Under the pieces are notes generated by a model. The model worked only from the letters and a program-made list of their open reading frames with translations, had not been told where the DNA came from and searched no databases. Below are positions 58,068 through 64,000 of a DNA stretch of 64,000 nt, piece by piece. The stretch's first letter is position 1, and every line of letters begins with the position of its first letter. A program made the position numbers and the translations under genes. Source of the DNA: an uncultured Solirubrobacteraceae bacterium (GTDB lineage: Bacteria > Actinomycetota > Thermoleophilia > Solirubrobacterales > Solirubrobacteraceae); the NCBI GenBank assembly GCA_963845635.1, contig CAWJSW010000007.1, forward strand, positions 83,655 to 147,654, in the 5' to 3' direction.

Positions 58068-58605
58068 GTCGCCTGGACTCGATGCGCCGACGAGCTCGGC
58101 GAACGCAGCGAGTGCGCCGGACCCACGAATCAAGCATGTAGCCGAGATCCGAGCCGGCCATCTGTTCGATATGGCCGTCGATCTCGATCCGCGACTGGAC
58201 TTCGGCGAGGGCCCGCTAGGTCGACGCGTTCTCTTCGGCGCCGCAGGAGGATCGTTCTCGGGGCCGCGACTCAACGGGGAGGTGCTGGACGGCGGCGGCG
58301 ACTGGACGCTGTTCCGGCGCGACGGCACGATGGCACTCGACGTGCGCCTGACGCTGCGCACCGACGATTGCGCGCTCGTGCACATGACCTACGGCGGCCG
58401 CTGGGTCACGCCACCCAAGCTGAGAGACACGATGGTGGACCCGGGCGAGCGCTATCGGGTAGATCCGGCGCTGTATTACTTTCGCACCAATCCCCTGTTC
58501 GAGACCGGGGCCGAGCGATACGGCTGGCTGAACGACATAGTCTGCATCGGATCGGGCTACCTGATCGAGGGCGGTATCGCCTACAAAGTCTCACAAGTGC
58601 TGTGA
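58060..58605 (+). CDS. DUF3237 family protein
   Basis: GGSFSGPRLNGEVL.GGGDW, LDVRLTLRTDD, YFRTNPLFETG..RYGWLN; AAGGAGG before GTG. Confidence 0.88.
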   Translation: MSESPGLDAPTSSANAASAPDPRIKHVAEIRAGHLFDMAVDLDPRLDFGEGPLGRRVLFGAAGGSFSGPRLNGEVLDGGGDWTLFRRDGTMALDVRLTLRTDDCALVHMTYGGRWVTPPKLRDTMVDPGERYRVDPALYYFRTNPLFETGAERYGWLNDIVCIGSGYLIEGGIAYKVSQVL

Positions 58606-58648
58606 GACGGTCCGACGGCGCGCGCGGTCTGCCCAGGGGAAGTCGCAC

Positions 58649-59323
58649 GTGACGTCGATCGGCTTGTTCTTCGCGGGCCCGGTTCTGTTCGTGAATGGCC
58701 TGAGCCTGCTGGGCCGCTGCAACGCCTCCGACGCCGCGCCGGTGAACGCGCTCGTCGGCGCGCTGCTGCTCGCGGTCGTCGCATGGTCCCTGCTGCAACT
58801 CAGGAACCCGACTGCGCCCGAGAACCAACAGGCGATCCTCGGTGCTGTCGGTTTTCTCCTATTCGCATTCACCTATCTGTGGGTGGCGATCGACAACTGG
58901 ACTGGAGCTTCCGGCAGCGGGCTTGGCTGGTACTGCCTGTGGGCGGCTGGCGCCTGCGCGTTCCTCGCCGTCCTCAACTTCGCCAGCTATCACGACCCGC
59001 GGTTCGGCATGCTGTGGGTTCTGTGGGCGGTGCTCTTCATCCTGTTGTTCCTCGTGCTCGGGCTCGAGGTCAAGGCGCTGGAGCGGCTCGCCGGGTGGGC
59101 CGCAACGGTCGAGGCGTTCGTCACGACCACGATCCCGGGGGCGCTGCTCCTGCTCGGAGAGTGGCGCGCGGTGTCAGGCGCCGTCGCGGTGGGCACCGGA
59201 CTCGCAACGATCATGCTGGTGGCGCTGCTCGGCGCCTGGAGCCACGGCCTAGCGAGGTGCTGGTTGCAGATACAGCGCCATCAGGTAACAGGGCAGGGCG
59301 CCCAGGGCCAGCAGGGCCATTAG
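58649..59323 (+). CDS. AmiS/UreI family transporter
   Basis: GLFFAGPVLFVNGL..LG, N..VG, LLFAFTYLWVA and GLGWYCL..A pattern; about 6-7 TM segments. Confidence 0.8.
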   Translation: MTSIGLFFAGPVLFVNGLSLLGRCNASDAAPVNALVGALLLAVVAWSLLQLRNPTAPENQQAILGAVGFLLFAFTYLWVAIDNWTGASGSGLGWYCLWAAGACAFLAVLNFASYHDPRFGMLWVLWAVLFILLFLVLGLEVKALERLAGWAATVEAFVTTTIPGALLLLGEWRAVSGAVAVGTGLATIMLVALLGAWSHGLARCWLQIQRHQVTGQGAQGQQGH

Positions 59324-59385
59324 CAGCGAGCTGATGTTGTCGTCCCGGCGCCACGGTCTGCGCGCTGACCGTGGCGTCCGGGTCA

Positions 59386-61059
59386 CTACTTTTTGTACTT
59401 GAAGACGGCCTTCTTGTAGGCGGGACTCGTGCCCGTCACGTTGGTCGCGGTCACGTTGGACTTTCCCTTGGCTCCCGGGGGGGACACAGCGGTGACCTCG
59501 GTCGAGGACACGTCCTGCACATCGGTTGCCGGCGCCGAGCCGAAGTGCACGCTGGTGACTTCCACGAGGTTGTAGCCCGTGATCGTGACGTGCGTCCCGC
59601 CAGCCGTCGGGCCCCCCTTGGGCGAGACCGCCCTCACCCCCGGTACGGGAGGTTCGCGATAGTTGAAATAAACTCGCGGCACGCTCGTCGCGCCGGGCAC
59701 GCTGACGGTCACGATCACGGATCCTCTGCCGGGCGGCGTCACTGCGGTGATCGACGTCGGCGAGTTGACCGTGAAGCTCGTCGCTTCGACGCCTCCGAAG
59801 TCGACCGCCGTGGCTTCGGCGAGCCCGCTCCCGGTGATGCTCACGGTCGTGCCACCCACTTCCCTGCCCGCTTCCGGGCTCACACCCGTCACCGCCGGAC
59901 ACGGCACGCCCGGTTCGGCGATCGCGATCTCAAACAGGTAGGCAGCGGACATGCCGGTGACGCCGCACGGCGCCGGCAGCTCGACCGGGTGCACGCGGTC
60001 CCTGCCGGCGCCTTCTTCTCCAATGCCCAGCTCACCGTGTTCGTCGCCGCCCCAGCCAGCGAGATGACCGCTCTGGAGCAGCGCCAGGCTCGTGTTGTCG
60101 CCCCCCGAGATCGCGGTGACGCCGGTCAGGCCACCGACTTCCGCGGGGACTGGGGCATATCCGGTGCCGGCTTCGCCGTCACCGAGCTTTCCGAGGAACT
60201 TGCTGCCCCATGCCCACACGTGGCCATCTCCGGCAAGAGCGAGGCTGTAGTTAGTGCCGCCCGCAATCGACGTGATCCCACTGCCGAGGCTCGTGATGGG
60301 AACCGGGTTGTCGCTCTGTTCGGTGGTCCCGTCGCCGAGCTGTCCCTGTTCGTTGTCGCCCCAGGCCCAGGCCGCGCCGCCGCTCACCAACGCGAGGCTT
60401 TGGTTCGGGCCCGCCGCGATCGCTGTCACGCCGCTCAGTTCACTCACGGCCACCGGCACGTCGCTGCTTTCGGTCGAGCCGTCGCCCAACTCCCCGTTCG
60501 CGTTGTTGCCCCAAGCCACGACCGTGCCGTCTTCCAAGAGCGCGAGAGCGCGGCCCCCGCGCGCGGCGATCGCGCTCACCCCTTCCAGGCCGCTGACTGG
60601 CACAGGCACATCGCTGTTTTCGGTCGAGCCGTCCCCGAGCTGACCGTGTCCGCCCGCCCCCCATGCCATGACCGTGCCGCCACGGAGCAAGGCAAGGCTG
60701 AAGTCGGCTCCGGCGGACACCGCGGTGACGTTTTCGAGCCCCGGAACCGCGATCGGCACATCGCTGCGTTCGGTCGTGCCGTCGCCCAATTCGCCGTACT
60801 GGTTGCGCCCCCACGCCATCACGGTGCCTGACGCGAGCAGCGCCAAACCGTGTCCTTCGCCGCCTGAGACGCTCGTCACTTCGTTCAGCCCTTCGATCAG
60901 CACCGGGACGTCGCTCTGCGTGGTGGTGCCATCGCCGAGCTGACCGTTGAAGTTATAGCCCCACGAGAACACCTCGGACGGAGCTGCGCTCGCGGCCGGC
61001 GCCATAGCCACGATCGCCATCACCGCCGCGACCAAACAGACGCCGATCAACCTGCGCAT
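59386..61059 (-). CDS. Secreted RCC1-repeat (beta-propeller) protein with two IPT/TIG domains
   Basis: Signal peptide; repeated AWG.N..GQLGDG...S.VPV units; C-terminal P.V..VSP..G...GGT.V.ITG repeats. Confidence 0.9.
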   Translation of the reverse strand: MRRLIGVCLVAAVMAIVAMAPAASAAPSEVFSWGYNFNGQLGDGTTTQSDVPVLIEGLNEVTSVSGGEGHGLALLASGTVMAWGRNQYGELGDGTTERSDVPIAVPGLENVTAVSAGADFSLALLRGGTVMAWGAGGHGQLGDGSTENSDVPVPVSGLEGVSAIAARGGRALALLEDGTVVAWGNNANGELGDGSTESSDVPVAVSELSGVTAIAAGPNQSLALVSGGAAWAWGDNEQGQLGDGTTEQSDNPVPITSLGSGITSIAGGTNYSLALAGDGHVWAWGSKFLGKLGDGEAGTGYAPVPAEVGGLTGVTAISGGDNTSLALLQSGHLAGWGGDEHGELGIGEEGAGRDRVHPVELPAPCGVTGMSAAYLFEIAIAEPGVPCPAVTGVSPEAGREVGGTTVSITGSGLAEATAVDFGGVEATSFTVNSPTSITAVTPPGRGSVIVTVSVPGATSVPRVYFNYREPPVPGVRAVSPKGGPTAGGTHVTITGYNLVEVTSVHFGSAPATDVQDVSSTEVTAVSPPGAKGKSNVTATNVTGTSPAYKKAVFKYKK

Positions 61060-61156
61060 CGCGATCTCCTCCCCGCGTTCTGAGCCGACGCCCCAACGGT
61101 TCCGGCGCCGATCCACCCTCGGTACGCGCCAAGCCTAAAGCCGAGTGAGCCGAGCG

Positions 61157-61351
61157 TCAAGTCTCCGAATAGGCCTGTCTGTGAGCCTCAACACATCGGG
61201 CCGCTATGAACGCGGAGCAGCGTTCGCCGGCGCCGAGCGAGCTGGTGTCGCGCGCGGTCGCGGCCACGCTGTCTCCGCGCTCGAGGGCCGCTCGCGCCCA
61301 TACGCGGCCGAAGCCTTTCGATGCGCCTGTGATCAACCAGACCTTCGCCAT
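61157..61351 (-). pseudogene. 5' fragment of an SDR oxidoreductase
   Basis: AAAGGAG plus MAKVWLITGASKGFGRVWARAALERGDSVAATARD; similarity then breaks off after about 40 codons. Confidence 0.75.
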
Positions 61352-61481
61352 GCTCGCTCCTTTCTCGCGACTACCGGTGACGGCGCCCGAGCGTCCGCGC
61401 AGAGCTCGGCCTGTGCTCGTGTTTGATCGCTCAGACGCGAAGGAGGACCGGCCGACAAGCTGAGTCCGCGGTCGCCAGGTC

Positions 61482-61958
61482 TCATCCGGAAACCGTTATG
61501 CGCTCGAGCAGGACCACTGGGATCTTGCGTGTCGTAAGCTGCTGGTAGCCGTCAAAGCCCGCGTACTGCTCGAGGAACCGAGGCCATAGTCGCTCGTTCT
61601 CTTCAGGAGTCGCCGCGCGGGCGCGGACGCGAACCCTTTCCCCCGCCGCGTCGACCTCCGCCTCGGGGTTGGCCTGCAAGTTCAGCCACCAAGCAGGAGC
61701 GCGATCGAGCCCCGAATTGGAGGCCACGACGGCGAAGTCCTCGCCATCGTGCAGGTAGCCGAGAGCCGTCGTGCGCGGGCGCCGCGACTTGCGCCCGATG
61801 GTTGTGAGCGCGAGGACGCGCTGACGCGGCGCGACCAACAGGTTCCTGCTTGCCAACCGCCCGCGCGTCCGCCGCAGCCAGAAGCCATGGGCGCGCGTTA
61901 CCCGTGTGGCGAGCCAGCGAGGCCTGCTCATCCAATTGCTGATCCGAGCGCTCAGCAT
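61482..61958 (-). CDS. Deazaflavin (F420)-dependent nitroreductase family protein
   Basis: LTTIGRKSRRPRTTAL, VVASNSG...PAWWLNL.ANP and RKIPVVLL; TAGCCT 7 nt before ATG. Confidence 0.88.
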   Translation of the reverse strand: MLSARISNWMSRPRWLATRVTRAHGFWLRRTRGRLASRNLLVAPRQRVLALTTIGRKSRRPRTTALGYLHDGEDFAVVASNSGLDRAPAWWLNLQANPEAEVDAAGERVRVRARAATPEENERLWPRFLEQYAGFDGYQQLTTRKIPVVLLERITVSG

Positions 61959-62080
61959 CGATGGCAGGCTAGCTATGCGTCGGCGGCTCTGCTGGCTGCT
62001 GATCTCGGCCGGACCGATTGAAGTCGTCGCCGCCCGGTCCTCATCTGGTGACCGGGCGTCGGGCTTCACCCAACTGCCAT

Positions 62081-62134
62081 AACCGGACCGTAAAGTCCGC
62101 TTGTGCTAGGCTAAGCGGACCGATGAGTCCAGTT
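62081..62134. promoter_or_regulatory. Two tandem TetR-type operators flanking a TAGGCT -10 box
   Basis: AACCGGAC-N6-GTCCGCTT (62081-62102), TAGGCT (62107-62112) and AAGCGGAC-N6-GTCCAGTT (62113-62134). Confidence 0.7.
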
Positions 62135-62152
62135 CGATCGAGGAGGCCTCCC

Positions 62153-63616
62153 TTGAGCGCTGAATCGCAGACTTCCAACCGCTGGCTGGTCCTGGTGATT
62201 GCCTGCCTGGCCCAGTTCATGGTCGTCCTTGACAACACGATCGTGAACGTCGCCCTGCCCTCGATCCAGCATGGCCTTCAATTCTCCCCCGCGAACCTCC
62301 AGTGGGTCGTCAACGCGTACACGCTGATCTTCGGAGGATTCCTGCTGCTCGGGGGACGCGCGGCGGACCTGCTCGGCCGCCGGCGCCTGTTCGTGGCCGG
62401 GGTGGCGCTGTTCGCGGGCGCTTCCATGCTCAACGGCCTGGCTCAGTCCTCGACGATGCTGATCCTGGGTCGCGGTCTTCAGGGTCTCGGAGGGGCGCTG
62501 GTCTCCCCTGCGGCCCTGTCGATCATCATGACTACCTTCCAGGACAATGCCGAGCGGACGAGGGCGCTGGGCGTCTGGTCTGCGATCGCCGCCGGCGGCG
62601 CCGCCTTCGGGCTGCTACTCGGCGGCGTCCTCACAGACCTGGTCTCCTGGCGCTGGAACTTCTTCGTCAACGTCCCCGTCGGGATCGCCACGGTCTTCCT
62701 GGCGTTGCGTTTCGTGCCGGAGTCGCGCGCAGAGCTGGGTCACCGCCGCTTCGACGTGCTCGGCGCGACGACCGTGACAGCGGGGCTGCTCGCGATCGTC
62801 TTCGGCATCGTCAAGGCACAGGCGTGGGGATGGGGAGCTGGGCGGACGCTCGGCGTGATCGGCGTCGGGGTCGCCTTGCTCGCGCTGTTCGTGGCCCTCG
62901 AGGCGCGCTCGCCGGCGCCACTGGTGCGGCTCTCGATCTTCCGTGTCCGCTCGCTGGCAACAGCGGACGCCGTGATGATGCTGGTGGCGTCGGCGATGTT
63001 CGGGATGTTCTTCTTTGCCTCGCTCTACGTCCAGGATGTCCTCGGTTACAGCCCGCTGAAGGCGGGCCTCGCGTTCCTCCCGATCTCGCTCGGGATCATC
63101 GTCGGCGCCGGCATCTCTCAGGGGATCATCAAACGTTTCGGTGTCCGCAACGTGTCGGTGCTAGGACTGCTGCTCGCCACCGCCGGTCTGCTTTATCTGA
63201 CGCAGCTCCCCGTTCACGGCCACTATGTCTCCGATCTGCTCGTGGGCCTGATGCCGATGTCGATCGGGATGGGTCTGGTGTTCGTGCCGATCACACTCCT
63301 GGGTACGTCGGGCGTCAGCAACGACGACTCAGGCCTGGCCTCGGGACTGTTCAACAGCGCCCAGCAGGTGGGCGGCTCGCTGGGGCTCGCGATCCTTGCG
63401 ACGCTTGCCGTCGACCGCACCTCGAGCCTGCTCGGCAGCGGAGCCTCAGCCGACGCCGCGAGCCGCGTGGCGGCGACGGTGTCCGGCTACCACGTCGCGT
63501 TCCTGGCCGCAGCGATCATGATGGGCGCGGGTGCTGCTCTGCTGGTGCTGCGTCTTCGCCCTCGCCATGTCGCCGGATTGAGCCTCGATGCTTCCGCGGT
63601 CACAGCCGCCGTCTGA
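62153..63616 (+). CDS. MFS efflux transporter, DHA2 (EmrB/QacA) family
   Basis: LDNTIVNVALP, WVVNAYTLIFGGFLLLGGRAADLLGRR and WRWNFFVNVPVG; AGGAGG before TTG. Confidence 0.92.
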   Translation: MSAESQTSNRWLVLVIACLAQFMVVLDNTIVNVALPSIQHGLQFSPANLQWVVNAYTLIFGGFLLLGGRAADLLGRRRLFVAGVALFAGASMLNGLAQSSTMLILGRGLQGLGGALVSPAALSIIMTTFQDNAERTRALGVWSAIAAGGAAFGLLLGGVLTDLVSWRWNFFVNVPVGIATVFLALRFVPESRAELGHRRFDVLGATTVTAGLLAIVFGIVKAQAWGWGAGRTLGVIGVGVALLALFVALEARSPAPLVRLSIFRVRSLATADAVMMLVASAMFGMFFFASLYVQDVLGYSPLKAGLAFLPISLGIIVGAGISQGIIKRFGVRNVSVLGLLLATAGLLYLTQLPVHGHYVSDLLVGLMPMSIGMGLVFVPITLLGTSGVSNDDSGLASGLFNSAQQVGGSLGLAILATLAVDRTSSLLGSGASADAASRVAATVSGYHVAFLAAAIMMGAGAALLVLRLRPRHVAGLSLDASAVTAAV

Positions 63617-63629
63617 GAAACTAGGCACC

Positions 63630-64000
63630 ATGAGGAGGGATGCGCTGGCCAACCGGCAGCGTCTGCTCGAGGCTGCCGACACTATGTTCCGGGAGCACGG
63701 CGTCGAGGTAGGCGTGGCCGAGATCGCTGCCGCCGCAGGGGTCGGGCGCGGCACGCTGTTTCGCAACTTCGCCAGCAAGGATGCTCTGATCACAGCGGTA
63801 CTTGCCGAGCGCATCGGCGAGGTCCTGGCGACCGGGCGCGATCTCCTCGAGAACGATCCCGACGACGCAGACGTGGCGTTCCGATTCGTCGAGGAGTTGA
63901 TGGCACGCCAGGAGGAGAACCGCGCGCTGCTTCAGACGCTCACCGAGGAGACCTTCCAGGTCGCGCCCGAGCTGGCACGCACGCACACCGCGATGATGAC
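63630..64000 (+). CDS. TetR/AcrR family regulator, 3'-partial and absent from the ORF track
   Basis: MRRDALANRQRLLEAA...GVAEIAAAAGVGRGTLFRNFASKDAL; the frame stays open to the window end. Confidence 0.88.
   Translation, partial: MRRDALANRQRLLEAADTMFREHGVEVGVAEIAAAAGVGRGTLFRNFASKDALITAVLAERIGEVLATGRDLLENDPDDADVAFRFVEELMARQEENRALLQTLTEETFQVAPELARTHTAMM

Overview
High-GC bacterial DNA that reads as Actinomycetota. Thermoleophilia/Solirubrobacterales is my inference from gene style; no marker gene in the window proves it. Bases 1-43.4 kb are mostly core metabolism: thiG-thiS-thiO and thiE, a pyruvate dehydrogenase/lipoate cluster (lpdA, pdhABC, lipB, lipA), a rhomboid protease, a DD-carboxypeptidase, an acyl-CoA dehydrogenase pair, tal-tkt, glpK, WS/DGAT plus lipase, purU, desaturase plus GMC oxidoreductase, a DEAD-box helicase and an LLM oxidoreductase. 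Bases 43.4-64 kb look accessory: a c-di-GMP-I riboswitch in front of a type IV pilin, a 5 x 22-bp tandem array, an IS1380 element with perfect 20-bp TIRs, an ECF sigma locus with two copies of its apparent promoter, two TetR loci with operators, and several gene remnants. Two observations stand out and may be linked. (1) A 96-nt tRNA gene at 25416-25511 has a Glu (UUC) anticodon, a body lacking the E. coli-type tRNA-Glu determinants, and an extra UUCG-capped hairpin in its D-loop. (2) Exported proteins in the window prefer the Glu codon GAA, while the cytoplasmic enzymes I counted use GAG almost exclusively. Together these suggest a possible tRNA/codon-based control of the secreted proteome, which is a hypothesis only. 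All counts were made by hand; no searches were run.
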